Below, piece after piece: positions 1-13,763 of a stretch of 59,599 nucleotides of DNA. The stretch comes from Phoronis australis (lineage: Eukaryota; Animalia; Phoronida): contig NMRA01000428.1 of assembly GCA_002633005.1 (NCBI GenBank), positions 297,774 through 357,372 on the forward strand. Reading direction: 5' to 3'. Position 1 is the stretch's first letter. Every line of letters begins with the position of its first letter. The translations under genes and the position numbers were made by a program. The notes below the pieces were generated by a model. It was not told the DNA's origin, did not search any database, and was given only the letters and a program-made list of their open reading frames with translations.

Positions 1-200
1 AACATGATGCTCAACTAGCGCTGCTACACACACAACACCAAGAACAGTTGAATCAACAAATAGCCTACTGGGCAACATTCCAAAGAAATACCACCGGCAA
101 CACTCAGCGAGAACTATGGTGATTGCGAAAAAAGATCGTTATAGTTCAAGCACTGAGAAAGCGTCATGGATCTAAGCCATAAATTATGAAGATAACTTAC

Positions 201-455
201 CTTTTCACAAGACCAGCTTCAAACTTCATGATATGTTTGTCGTCGAAGCAGCCGTCCTCAAAGTGGTCGGAGCGGGGAGCATATTTCGGCTCCGACAGAT
301 ATGGCCGACTCGACTGTAATTTTCCAATGACGAGCAGTGCACACGAAAACGTGCCATTTCTCGGCCAGATGCTTGTCTTTGGGAAACCTAAATAGGGTCA
401 CGCCTTCCACCTGGCTGGTGTTAGCACAGTTGGCGCACACACACCGATGTACCAT
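201..455 (-). pseudogene. THAP zinc-finger domain first exon, frameshifted (probably transposon-derived)
   Basis: MVHRCVCANCAN...LFRFPKD...EKW...W matches the THAP C2CH pattern. Removing a 7-nt insertion near 272-278 restores CSDHFEDGCFDDKHIMKFEAGLVK, ending at a canonical AG|GTAAGT donor (200-195). Confidence 0.75.
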
Positions 456-1594
456 TTCTAAATCACGCCAAGATTGAACGCTCCTTGTTCGTCTTCCACT
501 GTTTTGTATGTGCGGTAATCTGCATTGTGGGATATTGATCTAGTTTGTGTTCCCCAACACCATGTCACGGTGTCAAAGGTCAACTTTTCGCGGATTTTTT
601 TCAATTTTCGCTTTTTAACGTAACTACAGACACAATAACATGATAATTGGAAGAAGATATATCCAACTAACAATATCTTGAAAATATTATTACAATTTAA
701 CCTTGCAATTAGACCTTGCAATTTACACTTTAAACTAGAACGATACAATATGGCCGCCATTGAGATGCGTTTTCGCTAATTACAATTAGCGAGACAAAGA
801 GAATTACACTTGACACCGTTGATTACAGGCTTCGATACTTAACAAAACAAATGGTAGGTTTTGTGAACTTTACTCTGCTGCAGTCGTGCAAGCAATATTG
901 CTTGATTTGCAAATGGAAATATTCAAATTTTGAGTGGAGGCGAACAGTAACTTACTCTTTTCGCCACTGCTTTCAAAAACCCATTTTTTCGGTATCAGTC
1001 ATTTTCATTAAAACCTTTGATCCAATTTAAATGAGCAAGAATTTAAATCAGAGTGTAATTATTTTGGGATACGCTGTTTAATTTACGCCAACGAGAAGTC
1101 TTCGCAACCATGAGCAAGGTACAGGTCGTTGATTGCCTCGTGCAATCAACAAAATTCACTTTAGCGGACATTTTCCAACACTTGTCACGGAGATGTGGTG
1201 ACAATCACAAGGAGGATGGTGGCACCAACTTATGACAACACCCTCATTTTTAGACACCACATTTATACGAAGCTGGAAAACAGAAACCAAATTTTTCTTG
1301 GATTGAATTTTGAACTTTTAATGACCTCGACATGAAAGGGAAATGTTCAACACAATTCTTTATAATTTCAGTGCGTTATTATTATTATTTTTTAATATTA
1401 AGCTATACCCAGTAGCTGATGTCCGGTGAACAATATATTACTTTCATGCTTATATTGGACGTAAGAATTTTATCATGCAATTTTTTATTTAAAAATCAAT
1501 TCCTAGTATCTAAGAACTTGAACAACAAGTTACGAAATAATCTGAAATCATTTTATTTTGGCGCATTAGCTCAACTTTTAGCAATTTCTTGTTG

Positions 1595-1665
1595 CGTACA
1601 TGTACAGTCCATGATACACATGTACATGTACAGTCCATGATACACGTGTACATGTACAGTCCATG
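1595..1665. repeat. Short tandem repeat built on TACATGTACAGTCCATG
   Basis: Three near-identical copies visible. Confidence 0.8.
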
Positions 1666-1983
1666 GCCAGCAACTTACATTTAACCCCACTTTGTGACAC
1701 GGCTCTAATGATATCTTTGGATAGTTTATATTGCACAAATTTGATAATTAAGTGGCAATAATGAAATTTGCTTAGTAATGACAGGATTAGCAAACCATGT
1801 AAATTTGCGGCGATATTTAGGATCAAGTGAACCGCAGAAAGGGTCTGTTCAGTTAAAAAGAGAAAGTTGTGGGAATTTGAAATTTGGGTTCTGAAACTAC
1901 AGAGACCGCATGTTTTCAACATTTTTTTCTCTTGGTTAACCTCTTCACTTAATCGTCCGGATATGGTGTGCAATTGTACTTAC

Positions 1984-2973
1984 CGAGAGTGGGTCTAAAA
2001 AGACATTTTGCTTGCATGCGCTTTGTTGTTCCTTCTTTGCAGAGGTATTGGCAAAATTGAATATAGCCGAAAATGTCACCCGCGGATTGAAGTTCACACC
2101 CTCGTTAATCTTGTTCAAGCAAATCAAGTTATTAGTGCTAACGTTATTGCACAGCGCACAGTAGATACTATCGTACTGCACATGCGTTGTCAAGTCTCCA
2201 ACCGCACTATAATACAGTTGACACTGTCGTTCAAATTCGGAGCGTAGACAAACTCTTGAGGATTTCGGAAAACATTTTCTGAGTGAGTCTGATCTTCGAG
2301 GGAACAACATGATTCGTGCAGTGTGATTGTTGAACAGCGTTGATGGCGAGCTGTATAGCAGTTTATTCTCAACCACGCCGACATCACGTCTATTCGAGAA
2401 AGGAATAAAGTAAGTGTCCCAAGGCACCGCGTTTGTAACGTTGTTGCAAAGAGCACAGTGCACGTTGCGAAAATGGTTGCCATTGTGTTCAACCGGTACC
2501 GTGAAGGAAGTTCCACGAAGCACGTCTTCCAAATCGAAAGTGAACGATTCTTCGTCTTCACACATGGTTCGCAACTGATTGGGATATTCTGTTGGACAGG
2601 TAGATACCAAAGCAACGTAGACGAAATGCTTTCTTGATGAAATTTTCAACTTTTTCGAAGAAACGTCGATACGATAGTCGAAGTTCGAAATAGCGACGCA
2701 GCGTTTTTCTTCGACGAATGGCGATCGGTAGTCTACGTTCTCAGGACAGGATGAATTTATTTGATCGTGAACACCAAGACAACACGAGCCGTATTTCGTG
2801 CAATCCCTACTACAGTCGCAATACTTCTTTTGGTTTCCGGAGCACAAGTCCTCCTCTGAGCAAAGATGCTCTTCTGATGTACAGAGGTCAAAAGAATCGA
2901 CGGATGCATTCACAAGGAATGCCGAAATTGCAGTAAAGAGTAAGAACGTGACTACAGTCTGCAGGGAGAGCAT
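1984..2973 (-). CDS. Exon 1 of a secreted/membrane Cys-rich protein with a somatomedin-B-like module; likely ectodomain of an invertebrate adhesion/Methuselah-like (family 2) GPCR
   Basis: Signal peptide MLSLQTVVTFLLFTAISAFLVNA; SMB-like CDCSRDCTKYGSCC; twin motifs FRNVHCALCN and YDSIYCALCN. 990-nt phase-0 exon ending at TCG|GTAAGT (donor 1983-1978). Downstream exons not seen in the window. Confidence 0.7.
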
Positions 2974-3014
2974 TGTGAAATATTTTCCCGTACGTCAGAG
3001 CGCCGGTTCTTTTG

Positions 3015-3850
3015 TAGCGTGCCGACGATCCGTAACCAAGGTGACAGCACGACACTCAAACGCATGATTTCTCATCTTCTATTGGTTAGAACACGCGGAG
3101 TTTGCTACTCGCTAGGTGGTAGCCAGCACGCAGGTATCATTTAATTTCCTCAGGAATATTTTTTACACCGACGTTTCTGATTGGCTGGTCGATTTCTCAA
3201 TATATAACGCTTTACGCAAACAAATTGCCATGACTGATGGACATCTTAATGTGTTCTGTTGTACACACAAATGGGTGCTTAAAATTTATGTTGAAAAATG
3301 TGAATCCCAGAAAAGTTGTGGTTGCGCCTTTTCGGAGTGCATCTTTCTATTGTCGCAAACTTTTGTTTACGTTGCTGTCCTGTATTCATACAGTATGAAT
3401 AACATACTAGTTAAATTGGCCAGATGTGTGTTTACTTTATTACACATGTATGCGCATCAAGCACGCGGCTATTAAACATTACAGCAGAAACGATATTGCT
3501 GATGCTACGCCACTTTCATGACAAAACTAAAAATCGCTCATGGTCCATCATTCTCTCACTTTGTTGTAAAGCTAGCCAATGACTGCCGAGGTTACATCAA
3601 CTAGTGATAAAGAGCGTGCTACTGCCTGGTACCTGCGTTTGATCTCTACACGCAGAGAACCAGCGAGAGTTCTCTATTGCTAACTGTAAGCGCGCCGACG
3701 TTCCGTAACTAAGGTGACAGTACGACAACCTAACGGATTATTTCTCTTCTTTTATTGGCTAGAGCTAAGAACACATGGAGGTTGCTATTGGCTGGTACTA
3801 AGAACAAAGGGAGGTTTTTATTGGCTGGTGCTAAGAACACAGGGAGGTTC
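3015..3850. promoter_or_regulatory. Duplicated CCAAT-rich upstream module of the Cys-rich gene
   Basis: 3015-3120 and 3690-3800 share GCCGACGWTCCGTAACYAAGGTGACAGYACGACA...ATTGGYTAGA; several ATTGG (CCAAT) boxes. Confidence 0.45.
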
Positions 3851-6559
3851 AAAGGGAGGTTGAACGAATCCAGAACGCTGCAGTTTTATTTGTCGATATA
3901 AGACATGGTAATCAAGCGCGTAGTATTTTGTTGTCACTTAAAACTGAATGAGAAGTTGTGGAAATTCAGTTTTGCATCCTCCCTATCAACACATTATGTG
4001 AAGTTTCAGGTAATGCAGGAATGGTAGGGGTTCCATCGAGGTCACTGCATGTAGTAAACACCTCGTCTTTCCAAGAATTAAAATGCTATTTGAAAAGCTA
4101 ATAATTTTAAAGAATTGATGAAACCACGCGTACGTATAGGGTACAAAAAATGTAACCGAAATTGGTGTTCGACTCATGAAAATCTCTTCACTATAATCGA
4201 CTTGTCGCATGTCAAAATTCTCTCATTGTGTGAAAATCCAGTGACGTGCATGAATGTAGTTAGCAGATACATGTAGCAGAAAAAAGGATGCTAAACTAAC
4301 TTGGTACATGTTCATGTAAGTGTCACAGTTTGGTACACTGACACTGTCAAAAATAGTTTACGATTTTTCTTGACATTATACACGCACGCCCCCAGATTGA
4401 CAAGGCTTCGCCTCAGAGAAAAAAGTCCAAGAAAACGAGACAAAGGTCCGCTAAAAAGCAGGAATTCGGCGAATGCACAATTCACAGTTTTGAAGTAACC
4501 CCGTTTTACCGCTTTTGTTTAGCACCCCTTTCGTTTTTTGTCATTAAAAGTTAACATTCTCAAAATATAATATCTTAAATACATTTTGATATCATCTATT
4601 TTATGGTGCGCTATCAAAAGTAAAAAGTTGAGTTTAAGACCCTTGCCATATTGTAAGAATATGATTGGGCAAAACTGGTATGAAATTCCATTTGATGACA
4701 CTTAAACTAACTTAAACCTAGAGATTGTCTTTCTCGTAACGGGATACCCAATACTCATTTCAAACATTGCTTCTTGAGTAAAACAATATAGCAAAACATG
4801 CGCATACCCAGCCTTTAATGTGGGGGGCTCGAATGGAGCGCACATGCAAAAGCTGTGCACTTCATTTACATCTACCTACAGTAAACACTTGGGCCTTTAT
4901 AAATAAAAGTGTTCTTTAAGTTTTAAAGGATTATAAAGTAACTAGTTAGGTTATTAAGCACACAAATAAACTGTAATACATGTATGATGTATATGTGGAG
5001 TATTGTACATTATGATATACCACCGGTAAAAATGGACCGCTCACGTTAGGTTGATTCTGATGACTCCGATATGAAGCATCCCACGTGTCAGAGATTGACA
5101 GTGGGTTTGTTTAATAGGTAGCTATGTTTTAAGATTGTGCGTAGATGGAGAGTGAATAATCAAATCCAGTAATTAATTAATTATATGATGACCCCTAATT
5201 AGACGAGTGAAACCTATTGTTAATTAAGTAATCAACTACAAAGAGTAACTACGCTAGCGCCCTCTTTAAAGATTACTTTAATCAAACAACCAAAACAATC
5301 AAATGTCTTATCTGCCACCCAAGCTTGGACTCTCCACTTGTTGGATGTCTGTCCTGTTGGTGAATTGTCGAACTACACACACTGTATAGCGACAGTGTAC
5401 TTGCTGGTCACCGTCTCTGGTGATGCAACACTTGCAGGCAATTTCTTCTACTCTTCTTGCGGGTCACAGTCTCTGGCTGATGACGCAACACTTCAGGTAG
5501 TATCTTACTACCCACTATGCAAATGACAAGCTCTTAGTTAACTTCCTGTTCGTTAACCCTTGCCCTTGCCAAGATCCTTTCTAGAATCTTCCACGAGATG
5601 GCTCTGTCGTACAATTGCTTCTGTACACTGTAGCAAGTCTTTATGCTTCAACTACTATAGCACGTCTAATTATCTTGTTGATTTCAGCCCATAATACAGC
5701 ATTCTACTTATTTAGTGATTGGCTAATAAAAAACACATGATCATATCCACTCGTATTATTGGCTGTTAAAATTTGTTCTCAGAATATTCTAGAATCTCTA
5801 GAGTACTTTGACCCCAGAACCCAAAGTTGTAAACACCATCTAAAAATAGATTTTGATGTTAAAATACATGTCAACAAGTCTGACCCCATGACTTAAAAGT
5901 ACATATGCACAAATTTTGGGCAACTTAAAACGGATCTATTCTTACTAATTGCTTAATCAATATTTATTCTGACAAAATGGTTACCGTATCTCAGTGCGTT
6001 TTGTGTAACAGTGTCATTTTTGTTCTGTCTTCTGGATGGCCTATCAGATTGAAATGTGTGCAATTCCCACACATCACGGTCAGATCCCAGGGGTATATTG
6101 GTTTGTGTAAAATTAATATTGGTAAAATTCAGTGCCGGTAAAAATTAACATTGGTAAAAATTCGAATTGCAAACGCATTTTTAAAACTCTAGATCCGCCT
6201 TTATGCGTGTATTGCAATTGTCGTGTTGAGAGAATGTACTTTCAAAAGTGTACAAACTACTACACCGCACTAAGACTAATTGGGTTTTAGAACAAGTAAT
6301 ACCGGTACCAGATATGTTAAAAAACGTAACGTATCACTGAAGTAACATTTTCTAGAGACACCTCAGTACCCCCTACATGCGTTTTATTTTTCGAAAAAAA
6401 TCTCTTCATATCGATGTAACTATTATCCTTTGGTATAACCTGAAGTAGACGATTATAATCACCTTTTAGGAAACTGCAGTTGCTCGGTAGGTCAGGCGAG
6501 ATGTCAATTTGAATCTGGGCGGTTAACCATGCTAATTTACCTTGATTACTCTAAGAATA

Positions 6560-7200
6560 GCACTGATATGGATGATGAGAAGAATAGAAAACGCAATCCT
6601 AGCAAAAGTAGCTCCAGTTAGACAGGAGAAATGAAGAAAGACTGAGTTTCAGACCTCCAAATCCAGTATTGTAAGTCACGACGCCCTGTTTATTGATGAT
6701 GAAGAAAACTGTGTCATTGCTTAATTAAGACTCTAGAGTCAGGTAAAGTGAACAATGCAATAAAAATGCAGATACTGGATCCCAGTGTCAACGATATGCG
6801 CAGGTCTTATGACGAGAAACTGGCTGAAAAAGAAACTGAACTGGTCGAACTTAGGCAACAGTGATCTGAAAACACAACTCGACAACTCAGAACAACACTC
6901 GAAGAGAAATAATGTGGTAATTTATGGAGTAAGCCAGAATTCACGAAGCTTTGGGCGATACTGATCAGCTTGTAATAGAAATTGGGCGCAAAATGGGAGT
7001 CAACATTGATACATGCTGTATATCCAAAATCTGTCGCAGCCATCGTCTTGGGCACAAGAACAACCTCATCGGTAATCATCCAAGATCAAGGCCGATTATT
7101 AGCCGCTTCTCTATAAAACTCGAGCCTTATTCCTGAGCAATAAACGAAAACTAGGTGAAAACGCTAGTACCTCAATCTACCTCAACGAAAACCTACTCAC
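6560..7200 (+). mobile_element. Degenerate non-LTR retrotransposon ORF1 (CR1/L2-type)
   Basis: Coiled-coil-like segment followed by TDQLVIEIGRKMGV...RSHRLG...RPIISRF and IYLNENL, typical LINE ORF1 motifs; contains stops and frameshifts. Confidence 0.7.
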
Positions 7201-7368
7201 CGGCTCTACAGTTCAAGTCAGAGCTTGCCTGGGACATTTCCTTGCTACTGACAAATCCATTGAGCAGCTAATTTCTTCTTAACGCCTCACTAAAATACTG
7301 TACAGGCTTTGAGGTAAACGTATTTTTGTTAAAAATTTGTTATACTATCACTCTCTTGTCATAGCTAC

Positions 7369-7465
7369 ATAAAGTTTCATTGCGGCTCAGTTGTTGGGGT
7401 TACTCGCGCCACCTTTATAAAGTTTCATTGCGGCTCAGTTGTTGGGGTTACTCGCGCCACCTTTT
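7369..7465. repeat. Tandem duplication, two copies of about 48 bp
   Basis: ataaagtttcattgcggctcagttgttggggttactcgcgccaccttt occurs twice. Confidence 0.9.
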
Positions 7466-8429
7466 TATGTATTGCAATATGACCAAACGTTATCTAAGTC
7501 TGAGTAAATCCGCAGCGGTTGTGACCCTTGCTGTGAAACAGCATTTTACACACCTGATTGATTTTGGCATATGTTTTATCTACATCTATCTTTGCCAGTG
7601 ACCCGCAGTGTTCTAGACCATATGATCATGTTGATCGTAATGCTTGCGATAAGCAATGTACTTGAGGCATTATTTTGATTTTGACCGTCTCTTACTTTCA
7701 CTCTCAAAGCAGGCATACCACGGTATGTATGCTGACTGAACGTTGTACTCGATAGGCCTGCTCGTGACTTCTCAGTGCTTCTCACTGTCTCAACTGCGTT
7801 GTCGATGCTCAGTTTGGTCCAGCACAGTTATGTGCTAGTGGAACATTCCCTACTACCACAGCAGCGTTTCTCTTTATTCTCAAGGTGCTGATTCACAATC
7901 GAACACAGCTGTGAACACCTGTAAAAGCTGTGAGTGAGTTCCAACGTCCTGCGAGTGACATGTATATAGGTTTTGCTTATGTCCAAAGTTATAAGTAATA
8001 TATTCAACTAATTAATTCTCTGTATTCTGAAATGTTTAACTTTTGGTATATTTATTGACATATGTCATTCGTTTGGGATATTTGTTTATATGCGTAGGCC
8101 TAGATATGTACACATCATTCACGGTGTCTTGGTAATATCCGTTACCAAATAGTATATCTGCTGTATCAGCGCCTGACAAACTCTCATTCAATGATGGAAT
8201 TGCTTGCCTTTTTCATTTTCATTTTCTTCATTTCAAGTTTTCTGTGTAACTAATTGTTTTTAACCTTTTAGTCTTGTTTTCTTTAATTTACGGTCTTGCC
8301 ACCTTAATGTTACATCCGGGATCTGGGAGAGTCCTTCCGTCGCTGATAGTATCTCATCAGTATTGTCTACTTATTACACTTGCCTAGTATATACTTTATG
8401 TCTAATCCTGTACCCAGGTATACATGTAG

Positions 8430-8650
8430 AAATTGTTCTCATCTCGGGTCATCTTCTCCCTAGATCTGGTGACATTGAATCCCTGGCAACCTGGACCTAA
8501 CAATTTTGATATACGTTTCACAAACATCAACGGTCTCTAGTCTTTGCAAGGTTTGAATTGCTTAAAAACACCGTTGCTGATAGCAAGTACAAAGTTGTTG
8601 CAATATGCGAGTCTGGAAAAATCACTTGCGACGAACTCAAGACTAAATTA
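8430..8650 (+). mobile_element. 5' end of LINE ORF2: decayed 2A-like peptide followed by the start of an APE endonuclease
   Basis: HLLPRSGDIES..(N)PGP, then NNFDIRFTNINGL* and YKVVAICESG (APE motifs I/II). Truncated after about 8650. Confidence 0.65.
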
Positions 8651-9467
8651 TCTTCACTTAAATTGAATTTCTCTGGTTCAAACATAGATGGCGCTAATCC
8701 ATCCGAATGTTTTTCCTACATTTTCTTAATATCCAATTTCGTCATACATTTCATTGAACTCTGCCTCTACATTGTCTTCAAATTAGCTAGTGCTGTCGCT
8801 GCTGCTTTCTCTGTCGTAGTTAGAACGTAGAATGTACTAGGATTTTCTGACCCAGGTGCCAAAAGATTGGCGCCTTTCTTGTTTTTTGTTAGGCTGCGCG
8901 TGAGCCTTTTGTTCGTAATATATTTAACACTGCCTTACTCCCCGACATAATCCCATTCTTGTCACGGGGCGGCTATACACAGATTAGTTCCTCCGCCAAA
9001 ATGTCTCCGTGGGTACGCCGAATCTCAGTTGATTGCATCCTGTCCCACTCTGCTCGCAGGGATCCCGTATTTTAATTGGTTCACTAGCCCCGCTGTCTTT
9101 GAGAATAATCATTTGATGTTTGATTGGGACAAGGCTGCTTCGAAGACGCAACGCTGTTGTAACACGACCCTTTAGAATATCTATGAAAGTGGAACTGTCG
9201 AGATCTGTGTCGCTGTACTAAATTAACAATTTTGTTTTCTCTGGAAGGAGTGCAACAAAACTCTGGAGGCGATGAAAAATCCTGACAGGCAATTGCTTTC
9301 TAGGCACTGATGTTTGATTCATACAAAAAATTGAAATGAGTGGACCGGATGCAAAACCAAGCATCAGATTTCATCTTCTGCCGAAAATACTAAAACTTCG
9401 TTGCCCCAGATTCCTGTTTGAAGATTCAATAGCAGAGCCGTAAATCTAGACATTGTTAAAATCTTTC

Positions 9468-9571
9468 CTTACATCATCTTGAATGTAAAGTAATACCCCC
9501 CGATGCTCGTAAACACACTTTGCTTACATCATCTTGAATGCAAAGGAATACCCCCGATGCTCGTTAACACA
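9468..9571. repeat. Tandem duplication, two copies of about 55 bp
   Basis: cttacatcatcttgaatg...cccccgatgctcgt(a/t)aacaca occurs twice. Confidence 0.85.
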
Positions 9572-12500
9572 TGATCGTGTTTCGTCATGTTTTTTCACAA
9601 ATTCACCGTATTATCTCCAAACAATAACTTTTTAACACGAAACACGCCATTTCTGCTGGTTCTTACTACATTTTATTCTAAACGATTTTAGCTGATTTTT
9701 CTAACGTGCATAACCCCTTCTTCTGTCCGCGAACACATGATGTGATAGTGATGGTTAATGGGCACGTTCTCTTCATACCATGATTGCTATGCTGTGCTAG
9801 GATTGGGAAAATTTACGCAAGTCAACGAAAGAGACATCGCACAAACAATGTCGTTCATACGAAGCTTCGTGACCATACATGTACATGTACATCCTTCAGT
9901 AGACAGATAAAACGACGACTATAGTGACCTGAATCAAAATGAAACGCCACAAATAAACACCACACATTTAGATTGATTTCGAATGTTTGTCATCAAATTT
10001 CTATAACGTTTCACAAGTTCTCGTTTCATTTCCAGGTGTGACTTGAGGAAACAACCTCTTGTTTATTCTGTACGTGCTCTTTTTAAATGTACTATTTCCG
10101 CTTCAGTTCACTTAAGAGCTTAATGGCACGGGTTTTTAAGCAAATCAGTCAAAACTCAAGCCCAGACAAAGTTCATTCAACACAACTCACAATTATTTTT
10201 TAACTTAACGCAATTTAAAATGCCATTCTTAATTTAATAATCACTTTTGTGTTGCACCGCCACATGAAATACCCGCCGTACTGAGTACGCACTCAACTGC
10301 AGATACCAGCCGTAGTGAGTACACACTCAACTGCCGCCGTTTGTAATGAATTATCCGCGGAAACCTGCATATTTTTTAAAATATACATTAAATTTTGAAA
10401 ATCAACAGTGGAATAAAGACAAACACAAAATTACTAAAAATCAAGAAATGTTTATATTTTCGTAATATCTTTCGACTGACGAAACTCATGCAAGGGAAAG
10501 AGAATCTTTAAATTAATGGCGATTTCAACAGTTAGTACAACAAAGCCATCACTACCTCAGGGGTTACCTAAGGGTTCATCCTAAGCATATCCGCGATCTC
10601 AGTAAAGCCCAGTGACACTCGCTATTTTAGACTTGCGGCGAAGTCGGAAGTGAGGTGAACTCAGATGCCATTGGATAACTAAGCTGACTATTCGGCTGCG
10701 CTAGTGTTCGACNTTGGATAACTAAGCTGACTATTCGGCTGCGCTAGTGTTCGACAGGGACTACATTTAACTACTACAACACAGAATGTCTAAAATAAGC
10801 ATATCTCAGCTCTATGGATCGTGACATTCAACCAATACCTCAAAGCACATACCTCACAAAAACGGAGCGTAATTAAAAGGATACTAAATCATGTTTTGGC
10901 GATTTTATATAAAAGTACCATCACCTCTAACTGTATTACTAGAACTTTCTTAGAAAGGCATTGTTGAGCTAAAATGACCTCATTGTGCTGAAAATATACC
11001 AGATTCGGTGGCTGGAGGCGTGCTGCCTTTCCTCACAGTTATCCATTAACTCGCCCCCGATGCGTTAGTAACGCCTTATGGATTTTTCAAAGAAATGTTG
11101 AACCTGGCTCGTACTTTGGCGATTGGTGATAAGGCAGTATTTTGTTTGACAAATTAAAGAGTCAAGTGGGCATTAATATCCGTAAACATTCAAAACCATG
11201 GTTTACTATCCTTTTAAAAAATACCAAGAACATTTTCATGGTTCTTATTCAACAAGGACATAATGTGAATAATAAGTCCAGAACGAACCATACCTACAAC
11301 ACAGATTAAGAGTCCAGTGCTCAGCAGTTGTCCAAAATAGCAGTAAAATCTCGCCAAGTTTGGACCAGAGACGGCAGGCAAGTGGAATTTTATTTTCTCA
11401 TTGTTTTTCATAAAAGACATACAACATCATGTTTACTTTAGCATGAAGCTGTGTACTATGCTATACATGTACATATAGGTACACATACCACCAGAATAGA
11501 TATAATATTATGAATAATTGTGGACATTCAAAACAATGTTAAGAGACATTGGAAAACAAAAATGGCAATTTTGTCAATTCGGCTTCATGAGATTTTACGG
11601 TGACAGCATAAATAAACCGGAAGACACTGAGGTAAACATTTAGCAGAGGTGGGCAGCTTAGTCACACCTCACTGTAATGTTCAACATCTCAGCAATAGGG
11701 AGGCACTGTTATATCATTACTTAACAAAAGACAAGACCTTAGCCAGGCATTTTCAACCAATGCTTGTCCTGGGAACAGTTATAAATTGTACTTTTCTGCA
11801 TGCCAATACACACTGCATGTGCCAAGCAAAGGCTGAATTCGACACTGAGATTATGGTGTATTCTTGGTTGATAAAGTTCACAACATTCTCGAACTATGCA
11901 TAAGCCAGAATCAGAATTTCAGGGAGTAATCTACAAGACCTCGGAAGCACTTCCAAGGCACCATTACTCTTTCTCATCTAGATTAGAACACGATATCCAT
12001 TCTCTGAGAAGCGGTATTAAATCCATGCTTTCTGTAGAAAGAAACAGTTTCATTCAGACAAGGTACTATTCTGAAATCGGTATCAAATTGGTTCTTTAAT
12101 ACTGAGGTGACTGCAAACCTTGGTGAGCCCAAACAGTTGGTTACAGCTTGAGAAGCCTCGTGAAATTTCATGTCACGTGACCAGATATATTATGAGCTCT
12201 GTCAGAAGAAATATCCAAAAAACGTGAATTCTTGCCGAGACCAGAGATAACTTCTAAACTGAAAAAGGAACAAATTTAGACCAATTCTACAACAGTACGC
12301 GTGCTAAATCAAAACTTGTCTTTTTGACAGAAAGTGCATGTCAAATGCCGCTTAAATTCACAGCCACTCTCTGAAGTTGATTATTGCTACAAGCTCTAAA
12401 CTCACCTTCCTTCACAACAACCAACTTCTGATTCAGACGATTTATACTCTCAAAACTTGTTATCAAATTGTTCCCATCTCTTATTGGAGGCGTAGATTTC

Positions 12501-13763
12501 AAGGCATCGCAAGAGTTGCATATTCCTTATAACAGGTTCTACAAGTTGACTTGTCTAGTATCATTTTATGTGCAGGAGAACTGTCAGTGCTTTGTAAGAA
12601 CAAAAGTAACTTTTACATTGTAATAAACAAGTCAAGGCCAATTTTACAGCAGTAAGTGGTTTAAATCACATGTTGTCTCCCTGGATGGTGCACGGATTTA
12701 TACCTGTGCTCACAAATGTGTAAAGGTAAACAGTGACCTGAGCTATGACAATCATACTATAACCAACATAGTCACTGGAAAACAACTTTGGGGAAAAATA
12801 TTCATCATTTATCAGGTGACTTAAAGAAGTTGAGAAATTAAATAATTAAATTATCAATCACCCAGGCAAAGGACAAACCAAAGTTTTAACTACTCATTAT
12901 AGAAACACCAGTCTGAAGTTTGAGACCGGCAAAAGACAGTCATTTGGACAGAGCTATACAATATCTGTTTTAAAAAATCTGCATTAATGGTAATTACTGG
13001 CAGAGTGAACTGCAACGAAGAGAAAAAAGTACCAGTCAGAATTCTTTTTACATGTCACCACCAGCATCAATTCCCAAAAACGACTGTCGTGATAGAATTC
13101 GTCTAAAAAGGAAAAAGTAAATGTCGATCTTTTTTGTGTAGATCAAGACAATTACATATCTTGGTGATTTCCTTTTTAAAATATTGTTTTTCCTTTTAAA
13201 TAGCAATTTCAAACCATCCAAGCCATTCATTTATCAACTACAGAAAAATAACACATGCAAGACAAACATTAATTCCTGGTTACATGACTGTTGCCATAGC
13301 CTTACTTAACAAGAGTTTTATAGCAATCACTTTACCTTCAACAGGTACATATTTTTGCTACAAAAAGCAAATTATGAATTTTTATTGAATTAAGAAAAAA
13401 AGTGTGTCTGGGATTTTCAAATTGAGCTCATCAAACAGCAAGACTTTCAAGATTACAGAATTAATTATCTCTACTCAAAACAATCATGTCTGCAACATTA
13501 TTGTGATGATGGTTTACGAAAATAAACAGCCACATGACTACAAATGTTTTGACATTACTTTTGTACACATCGTAACTTTTTGTTGTCATCAAAACATTTG
13601 ATCAATTCAAAATATGTTAATGTTTGATCTTGACCAAGACAGGCAACTACCATAAACATAAAAGTTGAAAAAGTGGTGTGGTTGAGTATTTTGAGTGAAC
13701 AGACCACATTACCACGGTGACTGAGACAGGTGACTACCCAATGTACACAGCAAGAGACAGGTG

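Noticed and set aside
5004-6073. Possible solo LTR (also 17910-18400)
   Set aside because: LTR-like composition, but I could not find matching TG...CA ends with a TSD, PBS or PPT.
10671-10755. Direct duplication around a single N
   Set aside because: Typical contig-overlap artefact.
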